In this document: positions 28,401 through 43,935 of the stretch, in pieces
Layout of the letters: the number at the start of each line of letters is the position of its first letter
Position numbering within the stretch: position 1 is the first letter of the stretch
From: Trichoplax adhaerens
Taxonomy: Eukaryota > Animalia > Placozoa
Direction of reading: 5' to 3'
NCBI RefSeq assembly: GCF_000150275.1
Contig: NW_002060944.1
Coordinates: 4,716,123-4,780,122, forward strand
DNA length: 64,000 nt
Position numbers and translations under genes: made by a program
The notes under the pieces: model-generated
What the model saw: the letters and a program-made list of their open reading frames with translations, nothing else
Database searches by the model: none
What the model was told of the DNA's origin: nothing

Positions 28401-31400
28401 GCTCTTGCTAAATCACCCTTAAGTCGTTCTTTTTCAGCAATGTGTTCCTCAATGGTAGATCTAGAAGTAGTGAATCAATATAATTATATACTGCTCGTAA
28501 ATTCCTTTACAATCTTAGAAATTTACAATACTATTTCGATCGAAGACTGGACTAAAATGACAAGTAAAAGATCATATTAGCACGAGATTATTTTTATGAT
28601 ATCCTTAAAATTAGCATATTACCAACCTAAGGAATCCAACTTCACTTTTATATACACTTAAAATGGCTTGTGTAACAGCTATTGAAGAAAGATTAAAATT
28701 ATTTTATGATGGGAAATTCGACTCCTATTACTATCTTATGAATAAATTTTTTCATATTTTAAAGGGATCATCGAGATAGAATAGACCGATATAAAAAATC
28801 ATATTGGCTTAAACTAACGTGGATCTTGACTCGTTTCAAGAATAATATGTTCTAATGTTTCGGATAGTTGGCGAATACTAATTTTATTATCGGCATCCAT
28901 TTCAAAGCTCTATAATTCATAATTTTCAATTAGTAATTTAAATTTCATGCGTTAAAGGTTATTGAGATTAATTCAAAGGTCTTAAACCTGAATAACTTCT
29001 TGTGCATTAGCTAATCCTTCCTGAGCCAAAATATCACTAACGGCTTCAGCCGGAACATAGCTGCAAGTTATACATTATTTTGATGATCATTAATTGTAAA
29101 CATACAGGAAAATATTGTTTCAGTCGTAACGGAAATTGCAGATTTGATTTTATAATAGAAGCGAGTACTAACCCACTATGGTTAGGATCTAACGAACTGA
29201 AGAGATCAGCAGTTTGATTAAAGGAATAGGGTGTTGGTACTCGACTGGTTTGAGAAGTAAGCTCCTCAGGTCCAAGGCGATTAATTGAAGCACGTCTCTG
29301 CAAAATTATTACAGCATTAAATCGAATTGAATAACGGCTAAATAGATTCTTTTCTTCTTCTAACTGTTATCCTCCAATTACATAATCTATGACTTAAAAA
29401 ATGAAATATTAATTTAAATTATAGACCTTGAGCGATGCCGGTAGACGTAGTGTTTGTGGTGGAGTTCCGGGTAAAGATATCGGAGGAGAATTGGCAAAAG
29501 CGCCTAACTCTTTCACGATGGATAACCCATGTAAAAATTCGTCAAAACTAAGTGTGCCATCTTTATTTTCATCCAGTTCTTCAAAAAGAAAGGATAATTC
29601 CTAGGAGTTGAGAGGTATAAGAAAAGATTAGGATTAATAGGAAGTAGCCTGGAAATATCCTTTCATCTTGAACGGTCGAATAGAATATTAAAATTCTTGA
29701 TTGAAAGTGCGTTGGTATAAATTAACTGTGCCTAGAAATACCTCTTCATTTAAATTTTCCATTCCAATATGTTCGCAAACTGTTTTTAACTCGTGAACGT
29801 CAAGAAAACCTGCTTGACCCACATTGACTTCTTCCAAGATTGCTTTTAATCTTTCCCTTTCCTCTGCTGCTGCGAGTTCATCATCACTTGTGTAAGATCC
29901 TGGCTCGATTCGTGTACTATTTAGCGACATATTCCATTGTTGGTTGGCTGCAGTACTCTATTTCCAATGAAATTACGAACTATTTTACATCAATGCACTA
30001 GAAATTTGGCGCTATTTTAAACCAGAGTCTATTTTGCAGTTGATAACGGCATAAACTAGTCATTATGACGACATTTTAAATTCCTCTAAATTTGGTATAG
30101 AACTCCTACTCCACAAACTTACCGGAGCTGGCGATCCCGATCTTTTACTATCACTGTAGCTATCAAAATCGTTGTCAGAATAAGATGTATCTGCTTCCGA
30201 ATCCGGCCTTGATCTTCTTCCATATCGTTTCGCTCTTGTGCTTAAATGTCGAGTGGTTTCTATATGGATTAATGAAACGCTTAATGAGCCTTACAAAGTC
30301 AATTTACTGAAGGTGTCTGTGAACGATACAGTTAGGTTCTATTTCAAATTAGCCTTCTATAGAAACTTAGGTTACTATAACTATGATCTAGTCTATCATA
30401 GGCCAGTTCAATTCAGTTGGCTAGGGTTATATAGGATCATTTATTACTATGCTTGTGCTATACCATAGATTTATGATCCTATCTTTCAGCTTGATGAGCT
30501 CTTTATGTTATCATGTTATTGTACATGCAAATTCAATCCAATGAACGTTATGCAGAATCATTTGCGTGTATTACTATACTTGTGTTATGTTGTAGATTTA
30601 TAATACCATCTTTCAACTTTATATAAGTTTTTTAAAATTATAATATCCCAAGCGAAGTCTATCCAAATATGAATAAGTATGTATTACTATACTTGTGCTA
30701 CGCTGTAGATTTATAATGTTATCTTTTAGCTTTAGAAGCTTTTTAAAAGTTTAAAATCACACGCAAATTCTGTCCAACTATGAGTAAGTGTTTATACGTA
30801 TTACTATACATGGGGTATGCTGTAGATTATAATACCATCTTTCAGCCTTATAAGCTTTTTAAAGTATAATATCACTTGCGAATTCTATCCGATTAGCCAT
30901 ATGGAGAAAATCAATCGCTGTGCTTGTAATTAAGCAGATCAATGGTAGTAATCTCTACTACTATATTGCATATCTTGTAAATATCCGTATAGTCAAAATC
31001 AAAACAATCAAGAATTTTACGGTAATATTCATATTTACTCTCATCCTAATAAACAGTTTGGATTGACAATAGTCTACTTTGGATTACTTTAATAATAGTA
31101 TTGCAAAGGAGATTCCATTAATTTAATGATTTATTTATTTAGGCATAGTGTACAGACAATAAAACAGATAGCAATAATAACTTCTGTTGGACTTGATAGA
31201 CTTACGTGATTCCGATTCGCTTTCACTAGTATCTGTTTCAGTAGCGCTTGCAACGCGAGATAAAACTTCTACAAATCCACTTTTAAATTGCTCGAAAGAA
31301 ATCTAAATATAATATCAGTAAAAGAAATTAGCTAAATGTATGATAGTAATTAATAAAATTAGTAAATTGTGGAAATGAAAGAGACTAAAACTGTAAAAAT

Positions 31401-32756
31401 CAGCGACAATCAAGAAATCATAATCAGGTTGAGAATTTACTAAGGGATACAATTAATCGATATAGAATTTTGAAGAAATCATAATCAGGTTAAGAATTAA
31501 CTATTGCAAACAATTGATCGATATAGAATTCTTTACGTAATTGTCTAAGGAAGTAGGCAAATGATAATAATCAAACTTTAAAATTTGGGAATGTTAGAAG
31601 CGAAAGAGACTCAATAGTAAAATCTGCGACTTTAATATTATTAAGAACTATGGAAGGCGATCAATAGATATAAAGTTCTTTTACTTCTTGCCACGGCTAC
31701 TCAAGAATGGGCATATATTTGATAACAAATGAAAGCCTTTTGATGTGAACATTAAATATGCAACAACAGATCAAAGTCTTACTAGGTTCGCTAATTTTAC
31801 TATTGTTGACGACTAGATATGAAAAGCGATGGATAAGTATAAAATTCTTTTGCTTTTCACCGAGGTTACTCGAGAAAGGGTAGTCAATTTTATGAGCTAA
31901 GAAAGTTTCTGATCTAAATATTAAATAGGCCACAACAGATATAAGGCATATTCTGTTTGCTATTCTTGATCATATAAAGAACTAATTATGAAAGGCAACG
32001 GATAAATATAAGATTCTTTTACTTCTCACAACGGCCACTCAAGAAAGAGCAATAATTTTAATGACAAAATGAAAATTTCTGATTTTCTTCCAACACTCAA
32101 TATACTACAATACGTATAAGCTCCGTTTTGTTATACAAATTATATACGTCGAATTTTTAAGCTATCTTGAGGCTGTATCATGATCAATTTGATGGAAAAA
32201 TGAACACTTTTGATTTCACTACCAACGCTTAATGTGCTATAAATTATAATGGATAGAAGCTCTATTATTCTAATTAAGTCGAATTTTTAAGTTCTTATGA
32301 CGACGATGTATTATGATCAATTTCGTGAAAAAAATGAACACTAGATGTACTGTAATGGGTATAAATTCTGCCATCTTGATTAAGCCGACTTTTTAAGCTA
32401 TATTAGAGCTGTATTATGATATATTTCATGGAAAAAATAAGCACTTTTGAATATACTTTAGGGATTCAATATGCTATAACAAGTATGAAATCGGCTTAAT
32501 CTTTCAAGTTATTATTTTTCCTATTTTGAAGCTATATCTTACCAAGAACAGCCGAAAATCAACAATGATAATGGATACTTACATGACCAGAACTACCTCG
32601 AGGCACAAGGACATTAACAATTTGCGGTGCTTGTTCGTCTAGTTGCAGTTTGTGGCATAGCGATATCAATTCTTCTTTCGTTAAAAAGCCATCGCCATCA
32701 TGATCACAGGTCATAAAGACTTCGTGTAACTGGGCTTCATAAGCTTCTTCATCCAT
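22468..32756 (-). CDS. NIN: Ninein / ninein-like centrosomal dynein adaptor (EF-hand head + long coiled coil), 20 coding exons, ~1504 aa
   Basis: Exons (minus strand): 32583-32756, 31206-31302, 30123-30259, 29742-29957, 29427-29600, 29173-29297, 28988-29060, 28819-28909, 28627-28678, 28320-28460, 28036-28210, 27040-27156, 26510-26897, 24233-25790, 23982-24087, 23739-23873, 23434-23628, 23174-23323, 22799-23011, 22468-22665; all phase-consistent. N-terminus MDEEAYEAQLHEVFMTCDHDGDGFLTKEELISLCHKLQL..ISFEQFK, motif KRYGRRSRP, EF loop DENKDGTLSFDEF and C-terminal LVSELYLENCKL all resemble vertebrate NIN/NINL as recalled. Confidence 0.9.
30444..30895. repeat. Degenerate ~115-bp tandem repeat in ninein intron 2
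   Basis: GTATTACTATAC(T/A)TG..TGTAGATT(T)ATAAT..ATCTTT(C/T)A(A/G)C.. recurs at 30568, 30681 and 30798, with a partial copy at about 30444. Confidence 0.8.
31380..32480. repeat. Degenerate local duplications in ninein intron 1
   Basis: AAGAAATCATAATCAGGTT(G/A)AGAATT..ACAATT(A/G)ATCGATATAGAATT occurs twice (about 31412 and 31474). TTCTTTT(A/G)CTT..ACGGC(T/C)ACTCAAGAA-like blocks at about 31677, 31845, 32013. GAATTTTTAAG..TGTAT(C/T)ATGATCAATTT-like blocks at about 32151, 32281, 32388. Confidence 0.65.
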
Positions 32757-33819
32757 TTCTGCCTGTAGAAGATGAATATATTATTACATCGGATAGCTAT
32801 AACCAATTCTATATGGTTAAGATCGTATAAAGATATTAATAATAAAAGTTTTAATTGTTTATTCCTTGAATAATGTCTATCGATTATTAATAGCGTCACA
32901 ATAATTAAAGGTTAAAAAGCATATTATTCTGTCGTTAATGATCTCTACTGTCGGATAAGATCCATTTCAATCAAGGAAATCGGAATCACCATTGCTAAAT
33001 GGATACACTATCCAGTTGGGTATCGTTTAGAAAGAATCGATTCTTCTAGATTGATACTTTGATGAAAATTGATGTCTATGTAATTAATGATGATTCCTCG
33101 CCTAAGTTATTTCTGCTGGCAGACAGTACTCGAATGAACTCATTTCTCCATTTTAAACTTTCTCTTGAAAAGGATTAAATGTTAAGCGATAGGTAGGGTA
33201 GGTGAGAAAACGATACAATCATTGCAGGAAAATGATAAAATTGAACAGAATTTTTACACTGATGGACAACTGTGTCAAGATTCTCGAGACTGCTACATGG
33301 GAAATAGGATTTTAAATCAATAGAAATCTTATATAATGAGTTCAATAAATGGTTAATAAAATCTTGTGAATACTAATGATAACAATGGATAAGAAAGTTA
33401 TATTTAAATGTAGAATAAATAACATTCAAGGGCGAAAATGGATTCAAAATGGGTGTTTTTTATATCATAAAATAGAGAAGATTGTAATTTGAGTTAGTAA
33501 GGCCCATGGGATCGATGGATATTTGAACTAATACAGTGGTAGTTCATGGGCAATTAAGGAAGAAAGTAAATGGGGTATGATGATAGCGGGTAGGATAGGC
33601 CTAGCTGAAAAATGATCAATACCCAATAAAGCAGGAGTATGGATATAGAAATAAAATAGGTAAACGATCATAGATGGAAATAGACTACTCCATTATGATT
33701 ATATCTCGATTATATTGATGACATGATGATTGGATTTAGAATTCTATGGTAGCAAGTTATAGGTAAAGAAATCAAAAATAAGCAGGTCCACAGCAAAACG
33801 AATAAGATAGAAAGAAAAT

Positions 33820-34280
33820 AACTATGTAGACGATTCTAGACAGGGTTTAAGGTTTGGAGGAACATCGTCAACGTTTGACAGTTGGTTACTTTTTCTTTTA
33901 AAGGACTATTTTCGTGTACAGAAGGTGAAAAATTAATGAGGCGTAATAAAACATTGGAGACGGAAGTTTTCGAAGGTGGTCCACTCCAAAATGAACTAGA
34001 AGGAACTATATTGATAATTCTAGATAGGAGGTGGGAAATTAATGAGGCACAATAAAACAGATAAATATTATATGTAGACGATTCTAGATAGGGTTTGATG
34101 GAGCATTGGCAGCGTTTAATAGTTAATTACCGTACTTTCTTTTTTAAGACTATCTCTTCGACAGGAGGTGAAAAATTAATGGGGCGTAATAAAAAAGATG
34201 AGATAGAAGTATTTAAAGACGCAAAACTCCAAATCAGCAAGACGGAGAGAAATGAAGAAAGCGTATGGAGACAATTCTAG
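33820..34280. repeat. ~250-bp direct duplication upstream of the ninein ATG
   Basis: TATGTAGACGATTCTAGA(C/T)AGGGTTT..ACAG(A/G)AGGTGAAAAATTAATG(A/G)GGCGTAATAAAA at about 33823 and 34071. Confidence 0.7.
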
Positions 34281-37200
34281 CTAGGATGAAATAGAATAGT
34301 ATATTACTCTAGTCCATTAGTTTTCATTCTTTAAGTGCTTTAGCAAATTTCATAATTCTGATGATGATGGTAAAATCTCGATTGAATTTGAATCACTCTA
34401 GCCATGCAAGAGCGATCAACCGTTGCAAGAGCTATGCAAAGTTTACTTATCCTGATTTATATGTTTAGATATTCATCTTTGAACTCTTTTATATACAGTC
34501 TTAGTCAAATAGCAGCGGCAAGACGCTAATCATAACAAACTATCAAGATTGCCCCAAAAGACAGAATACTTCCGGCAAAGTAGATTATAAATACAATCGT
34601 AGCCTATTTCAACTGTTTTAGAATTTTTGTAAGGGTTGGCAAGTGGAAAATGATGGAGCTAAGTAAATCTGTGGGGAGCAATGTTGCAAATGGGTAGCTG
34701 GATAGGTTTAAAGTGCTTACTCTTGAGTACGATATTTTCTACAAATAAAAGTACCGCGAACGTGGAAGTACCTAAAAGACATCCTTGGATTGCATTAGGG
34801 TTTATTATGGAGATTAGAATCTGTTATAGACAAGGTAGAAAGATTGCCACTGTGATAGTGAATTTGGAGGTAGAAAGAAGAGATTTTGTTACTGCTAAAA
34901 TGATGTTGGATATCATAAAACGGAACCCATCAGTATAACTAGAGTAAAGCTTAGGCAAAGTCTACACTTCCTTTTTTTAACTTTATCTATCAAATTGCAA
35001 CTACGGAGGATGGAAGAAGAAGTAACTCTTTCTTGATTTACAAGATATAGAACGATTGTGAATATGAAATTTGAAATAATGAAAGGATTTATATCAATCG
35101 ATTGCTTGCAATCGGAAATCATCACTTATTTTAACATAGTTGTACTTTAATAAAGTGACAGAAGAATGAATCATTAAAATCCATTTGGTGAAAGAGAAGA
35201 AATGGAAGTAATGGCATTCCAATTTTTCCAGTTGAGAATATGAAAATGTAGCCTTTTGAGGCATTAACCAGGACAATAGAATAAGTATCTAAATTGATTA
35301 GAATATGCTTAATGATGAACTATTAGCTGGAACATGTAGGAAAAGATTGCCTTGACCATCCATGCTAGGCGTATATAATTTTTATAGCCGTCAAAAGAAG
35401 TAGGGTATTGGAAGTAGAAGCATCGATCATGACAGGAATTAAAAGAATATTTCCATTCATCTTTGATTAGATAATCGTTCTAGTTCCCCTTTCCCGATCG
35501 CTGTGTCAGGCTATTTTAATTTTTCCTATCTTAGCCGCGACCTATGTACCCACTGGATATAAAAGTATTTATCGCATCGTAGCTTATGAATACATTTTAG
35601 GGTTAGCGTCCTTAGCTGGTATAACTAGATACTCGTTCCCGATTATGTAAGCTGATAAAGATGATGTACCGATTGCTGATCCATCTCTAGCTTAATCTAT
35701 CCACACTTACTTCTAGCCACAGAAAGGATTAACCCTTAACTTGCGGGAAATATTCTCTTTTTTTGCTGCCTAGGCCAATTCAAGTTGAAGTTGATAATTT
35801 GATTCGTTGTTCACTCAACGAGTAGAATATTCTAATGGCTTGTCGAGAAGAAGAATTGAATAGATTTAATGTATAGAAGTCAATGTTAGAATCATTATTT
35901 GTTCAATGTCAATACAATGTAGAGACAATCGGATAGCAATGTCTTTCTCCTTCCATCGTCTCCAACTCGCTAGTTTGTAACCACTTTTCTTGCCTACTAT
36001 GTTGTATCCTTCATTTCATCGACTGTAGGGTATAAGTAGAGCAGTGTATTTAGCTCACCACAGTAGACAAGATTGAAAATGGAAGCTGCAATCCGCGATC
36101 TGGGTTAACGCCTTGGATGATTACTATAGTAACGGTGGTTAGGGACGCTGACTCATCGATTGCAAGATGGAAGAAGAGAAAAGAGATAGGATAAAACATA
36201 CAATTCATCAATAATTCAATCTTAATTAATAACCATAATCATCATTGTCATTAGAATAATAATTATCATGTTATGCTAATCCTGTGGATGCTGGATCACA
36301 TGATTTGCCCACTTTCTTCAATAGATGAAATCAATTCAACAGTTGTTGATGCCACAATCAACAGCCTATTAATTCAAGCTGGAACTAGAGAAATAATATG
36401 CAGGACAATGCTCTAGCTTGGCTCAAGGTTGTTTATTCAAAAATCATTCTATCAAGACGATAAAGAACATGGTCAAGCTGTCATCATACAATACATTCAA
36501 TACTATTTTTCAACCTGTCAATTATTTCAATTCTTATTATGGTAAAAATAACATGAAATCAAATCGACTTTTTTAGCTTGTTATATGATTGAATTGATTA
36601 TATTAATTATGCTTGGATATAGGATAATTGGTTGATAAAAATACAATTTGTATTAGGTTACGATAACTTGAATACGGAATACAACAATAAAGAGGAAAGA
36701 TGGCGGTAGTCATGTTATTCGCTATGAACGGGGGTTATACTATATAGTGGCAGCTCATTCAATTAGAGTAGCATCTATTTTCGTCAATGATAGCGATAAA
36801 TAAGCCAACGTTTTTTTCCCTTAATCGCTCCTAAATGCTTTCAATTAAAGTATAATTTTAATCGGAATGACCCATTTGAAATATGAATGGTATGTTTGTT
36901 ATGGATTGGTATTTTAGAACAACTTATTATTAAATCGAATATTTCATACTCTATTATGCCTATAAAATGCAAAGTCTGAATGGAAATAAAATAAGATGAA
37001 TAGGGTGGACTATAGACATTCCATAATACTATATGAATGGAATAAGTTTCTAACTCTAGTCTTATTAATATAGAATAACATATCGTTTGACAGTATAAGG
37101 CCATCAATTGGCTAAAGAGAGAGCTATAAACTACTGGAAATTTTTTACCTAAAAATTTCCAGTAGTTCATGGAAGGGGCCATGATTAATTCAATTGAATA

Positions 37201-37499
37201 TGATTTCATCTATGATGACTAGTCCTAACTATGAATGGTATAATTGTTATTTATAGGTGATTGATACTTGATAAATGAATAACAAGTGGCTATTACAATG
37301 CTTGAATACGAATATAGCATTCTTTCTGGACGATTTATTCTCTGTTAGACGTACGATTTCATAGTTTGAATGAAATAAATTCTTGTAATAATAAATTTGG
37401 TCATGGTAGTCGTATTAAGTTATCCTGGTATAAGATATAACATTGCTGACGTTATTGCCCATCCATCGTTCATTGATTAATGCAAATTAACATAGTCTG

Positions 37500-39050
37500 A
37501 TCCATCAATTACCAATTCTAACTATTAATGACATATTTGTTGTTTATACATATGTGGTCTCTATATGAAAACAATCTTTTAGGCTTTTCATATTCTATTT
37601 ACTACGTATATTTTTAAATACTGCCACAACTACTCTTGCGACACAAGAAACAACACACTGCTTATAATAAACTTTGCTTTAATCCGCAGAACTACTTCCC
37701 TAGCCTACAGTATAGTAACTGGAATCCTTGCGAAGTACTAACTCGCTTAACACAATACGCGTATACGATATATAACTATCATACAACTTAGACTTAACCT
37801 GAATCACTTTTTATTGATCACACTCCTTCCAATATACTCTTTCAGTGGTTATAAACATATTTCGATAACAAACATCTTGTTACGATTGAATTATGAAATA
37901 CGGACATTCGAGGTAATAAACAATTTCATACGTAAATCTACTTCGACCATAAGCCCTGTCAAGCTCCTATGTTCTCGATACTTACTTGTACCATAATAAC
38001 TTAGGTTATTACTAACAATAACAATTCCTAAAGTAGTGGTTCATACTTCTTAAAAGTTCAAAACAAACTGTTATCATAAACTACACATCCATATCAAAGC
38101 TATTTTGATGACTGTGACAATACATAGCTCGAAAGAGAAGGAAATAATATGCGTTTCATGTCCTATTAAAATTTACATAATTCTAATCATACATATGTGG
38201 CCAATACTTACTCATATTTTTATATATACGTGTATATGTTATTACTACTTAATAACAAGTTGTTAATGACAACTCTCCTTTGGACTTTCCATTCTCTATT
38301 TATTACGCATATTTTAAAATGCGTAGCTCGAATGGAAAGAAAATTATATATATTTCATATGCTCTTTAGCCTTACCCAACTCTAACCATGAATGACATAT
38401 TTGTTCTTTATACATAAGTGATCAATACTTAATAACAAGTTGTTATGAAAATACTCTTTTGAACTTTTCATACTCTATTCATTACGAATATTTTTAAATG
38501 CATAGTTTAACTGTGAATGACATGTTTGCTATTTATACATATATATGTATTATATTTTAAAATGCGTAGCTGGTATGGATAGAGAATTATATATATATTA
38601 CATGTGCTATTTAACTTTACCCAATTCTAATCGTGAATGATTTATTTATTATTTATACATATATGATCAGTACTTAATTACAAGTTGCTATGAAAACTTC
38701 CTTTTGTGCTTTTCATTCTCTATTTATTACGTATATTTTAAAATGCATAATTTGAATGGAAGAAAGTAATACACGATTCATATGCTATGCTTTACTTTGG
38801 CTTTACATAATTCCATCGATGAATGACATATTTGTTGTTTATACCTACGTGTGTTCAGTGCTTACTCATGCATATGTTATGGTCAACGTCGATAATCATA
38901 ATATTCCTTTAAACTTTTCAATCTCTATTTATTATATTTTAAAAAGCATAGTTCGAATGAAAAGATTACTAGCACTACATCAATTATTTACTCGTCAATG
39001 CAATATAAGATAATTTGATCCATAATTACCAACTCTAGCTCTGAATAGCA
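37500..39050. repeat. Degenerate tandem repeat cluster
   Basis: ATGACATATTTGTT(G/C)TTTATAC..TACTTAAT(A/T)ACAAGTTG..CTTTTCAT..CTCTATTTATTACG..TATTTTAAAATGC(A/G)TAG recurs about five times between 38190 and 39050, with a further copy at about 37527-37620. Confidence 0.75.
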
Positions 39051-42000
39051 TGACTACCATTCAGGCCTGATAAACTGAGAATAAATTTCTCTTTGTCACG
39101 ATACTTGTACTGTAACGAGTATTATTACATACAGTATGTAGATTCTTAGTAAATATAAAACTAATTCATTTTCGGGTAAGGGCAAATAAATTAGTTAGAT
39201 ATCTAATCCATAAGAGAGTTTAAAGATCAAGTCGTGTTTTGATCATGGTTAATCTCGTGTTATATGCGTGCTCTAACCCATCTTTATCAACGATTTTGTC
39301 GCCGGGCCAATACAAGAAGCTTTACGAGGACTACCTTGTCAAGAATTTATTTATAGTATATGAATGAATATAATACTCATATTTCTAAGAATTTGCATTA
39401 TCAATGAATGATATGTTATGTTAATTATTTTGATCGATTAGTGCTAATGAAATGGTCCTATTACAATAATTGTTAACATCTAAACATAGGTTTGTTGCTC
39501 TGTATCCATATATATTCCAATTTCTACTTGATTGTTCAATCATTATTTATGATATTAACTTTCTGATTGCTCCTAGCTGTGATGTTCGTTGAATAACTTG
39601 TGAAAAATTGTTATTTCTGTCTAAATTTCAATATACTAGATGGTAATCTTGCCTTTTATGATGTGCTTAGAATATTTTATGCACGTCACTAAGCAAGATT
39701 ACATTCATGCGTAGGCATTAAATAGCAATATCACGTGCACCATCAAATACTTGGCATTTATTGGAAATTAGAGTAATAAAGTTTCGTTACCTTGCATATC
39801 AAAACGTATTCCAATTTCTAAAATATCTGGTAAGGATGTCATTGCTTTCGTAAGCTGCGTTACGAATATCAGAGTCGGCTAGCTAATATCAGAAAAATGT
39901 TTGTCGTAAAAAGTAGCTATTACATCGATCTAAGCTTGGAATCTTACATATTCTAATTAAGCTATAAAAACTTGAAAGCATTTAAATATCCACAATAATG
40001 TCGTAGCTGTATGGGCATCGTTCAAATTAATTTAAACTTAATTTATTAGAGTTGAAAAAAAGGCTAGGTCCAACTAAAATAATTTAAGTATTAAGATTAT
40101 CGGTATTAGATAAGGTAGAATTTTTGTTATTGATTTAAATCTAAAATGCGCTCTATTTTCTAAAGTAAAATGTTATCTTATGGAGTTGGCTAATGGTATT
40201 ATTACAAATTTTGATACCAATATTGATCGAGAATGGACGTAGAATAATACCTACTGTTTTAGAAATATTAAAAATATTTAATCCAATTTTCAATTACGAT
40301 ATCAGGTATAAAATCATTTTATGAATTTCGTCCCAAAATAATCGATGTGAAAGGGTCAATTCTATTGATTGGAAATTGACCTTATAAAGTTTGGCATTTC
40401 ATCTGCATCAAATTCTAATCATGCTATCGGCGTTGGGTTGATTCATGAATTTAATTGTAGATAAATTAACGTCATAACACTAGAATAAATAAATTAAAAT
40501 TGCGTTTCCATAAATTGATTAGTTTATAATTGCATTAAAATTTTACTATTGTTTTTAATTACAAAGCGTAATAATTATAGAAATCAAAGAATGTAATTTA
40601 CGTAATCTTACTTATAAATTTTCATCTAAGCTCATGTACGTTAAAACTTACGATCGTATTAATGCAGTTGTTGTAAAGCCTACACGCATTTTCTTAATAA
40701 TTTTCGTAAAATATTTATCTCTCAGTCAATAAAAGATGGCAATAAATACAGTATTGCTTTTAGTTCACTAGTTACTAATGTAATTGAGACATAAGTTCTT
40801 TATTTTATCTAAGAAATGATCATATTGCTATTTCAGTTCTATCGCACTTTAAATTTTTGATCCCGTATCTGATAGCACATTTCCGTTCAGTAAATAGTGT
40901 TTAAGCTTATTTAGATACCACCAATATTTCCTTATTACATGCTAGATAAGATTCGCTGCTTAATTAAATTAAAGCTAGATTTAATTCTTTTCCAATCGTT
41001 TTTTCGTACGCGAATAGCGATATAGAGAATACTATCTAATTATAGTTCTAATCACGTTAAGGCATTAATTGTAGCTCATATCGTAAATACTGACGTAGAT
41101 TTAATAAAATTAGGATAACAAAAAATCACTACTTGATTTGTTAAAAAATTAAATCATTTAGTATTGCTTATCAATTTACTTAGCTATTGATTACATAAAT
41201 TGCCGACGGTATGTTATGATTATATTATCGGCATAGTAACGGTTTTCTTGTAACTAGACAAAAATATAAGTCTCGGCTTTGATTGCTGTTAATCTATGCC
41301 TATAGCTATATCAAACTCACGTTTTATTCATCAAAGCTACTAACTATGATAACAGGCGGGGTCTCTGTCATCATTATCGTTGTATTTCTGTCATTAACGC
41401 ATTAGTCTTGCAAATAAAAGTAGAAAAATCCACCTACTTAAGCTATTGATAATTTTATCATTATTTTAGTAAGGTTTTCTGTCTATCAAATAATATAGTT
41501 TTATTATTTTGAAGCAAAAATAATCCATAGTAATACTTTTGAATCGATTAACTGTACGCAGTGCTATTTCCTAGAAAGATGCGATCAAACTATTTATAGC
41601 CCAGAGACAGAAGGATTAGACCGAATTGTTTCCATACTTATAATCATAATTAATTAGAATCAATAGGCTCACATATTATATAACAGAATAGGAAATAACA
41701 TCGCTCTCAGGACAGAAAGTAACAGCATTTTAATAAATAATAATCCTACTATTAGTTTATATAGACACTTAGCTATAGCAGTGCCTCATAGCCAATTTAT
41801 GAATACCGTTGATAGATTGATTTGTTTCTGCTTTAGGAAATAAAGAGTTAGAGCTACAATTTATCAATTGTTTTCCATATGCTATTGGTTACAATGTCAG
41901 TAAATAGTAAGGAGTTTGGGAAAAGAAAAACTTATTACGAGAAAGTCTAGAGAGGATAATAACACTGACATCAGTAATCTGAAAAAAGATTGCACGTTAG

Positions 42001-43935
42001 CTGTCAGGAATTAAGAATTGTTTATTTAATTATTCAGACGTAGCTCATACAGATTTCAATATATGGAACGCAAAATAAGTCTCGATATATATAATTATAA
42101 TAAGCAATAGTGATAATAAGAATGAGACTTGTATAGCTATTAATTCCGCTAATAAGCATCACTGTTTCAATCTGATATGAAGTTACGATCTAGTTAAAGT
42201 TCCTTGGCAAAATAATCATGAATTATCGTACCAAGCTAATAACTACAATATGATGATAAGAGCAACAATAGGAGCTAGGGAGTAAATATATCAAATAATC
42301 TCGTCTTATGAAATATCAGATCGTATGGGGCAGTTCATGTTATAAACACAGAATAATTCTACCGTTTCTTTAAATTTCTGATTAAAATATCGGTAATTTT
42401 ATCAATTACAAACAGGATAATGATGAAATCTAACTTATAATAATTAAAAAATATAACTAAATTTAAAGGTTTAGCTGTAATTGTTAAAGATAGATACGAG
42501 TAGGTATTTGCAAATCTTTCGTGTTTTAATATCGAAGAAAAGTTCAAGAACGGTCAGCTATAATCATTTGTTGATATTTATAATTTACTTTTCGGGTCAA
42601 TGAACTCAGAAAACACTAAATTACTCAGTTGTATAATTTTAATACAATCTTGGGCGTTTTAACTCCTTTCTTGCAATTAAATTTCTATTTGCTATCTAGA
42701 TTAGAGATAATTTATATACGAATATAAAATTTAAAGCGGAGAACGCCTTTCATTAAGATTAGAATTTTAGTTACCCTGCATGCAAGCAAGTAATGGTTTG
42801 TTGGACTAAAATTAAAAGCTAATAAGATCTTTTAGTCAAATAATTGTTTAACTGTTTACTTGTGGCATTCATACTCGTATTCTAAACTTGAGTGATCATA
42901 TTGATCAGTATCACAAGTTACGACTACTATGCCGTATAGTAACAAGATAGCTAAATTTGGCTTAATAAGCTTGAGGGAAAGTCTGGGTTGAATAGAAAGC
43001 AGATTTTATACCTATATAGTACTGCTGCTTTAAAATTAGACCATATTAGCTAAAAATAATTTTAAAGTAATAGTAAACCTATTTTAAAATTCTACATATT
43101 GTAAAATAGGCTTCAAAATCGCGCAAATAGTTAAAAATGTGATTTTTTTAGTAAAGATAAGTAAGGCAATAATTATACTGTAGTGGATCTGAACTTTATT
43201 CCGTTGCTTAGTAAGACATGATTGTGGTGACATATTTCGAAATAGGCAATAAATCTTAGTGAGATTAGTTTGCATGCTCAATAGTGGTACACTTTTAACC
43301 TTTACTGTATTATTTTGTGCAGAGAGAAATAATAATTGATTAACATCAATTATCAAATAAATCAAAATAATAGATTATATAATTGAATGCCGCTAATGAA
43401 ACAGCATTCATGACTATATTTGATGATCTAGATAAGCTAGGAAAGATTAATATAACTTAGTAAAATTCTTCATTAATCATAAATAGCGTCTACTATACAA
43501 TACCATGACAACTCAAGCTATCAATCATTAAAGCTATAGAAATAGATTAATTATGTGTAATGATTAATGATTTATGTATATTTATAAGCGTGATCTAGGA
43601 TAGCTTACATCAAAAGAGTAATCTAACATTGAATTATTGAATTCTATGCAGATGCAGTTCAGGGCTATACGTGCAGGATAAAAAACTATTTTTATTTTAT
43701 TTTCATGTTTATGGGCTACTGCTTACCAAAGATGAGCATATCCATATCTTTTCGATGCTGCTTACTTAATTTAACATGGACGTAAGATAAGATGTGAAAT
43801 GATGTAGTCTGAAGTTCGTTTTCGACTTAATTTAGCTTAAATTTGTAGCCTTAATTAAATTTGATAGCCAAATTCATATGCCGCACAGTCGAATATGGAA
43901 AAGAATTATAAAGTAGAATGAAGACAATAATTGTT

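Noticed and set aside
33000-43900. Short ORFs between ninein and its paralog (e.g. 34681-34938, 36841-37209, 43084-43365)
   Set aside because: Low-complexity AT-rich translations without splice-consistent structure or motifs; the region is more likely 5' UTR intron/promoter (candidate minus-strand donor at about 35710).
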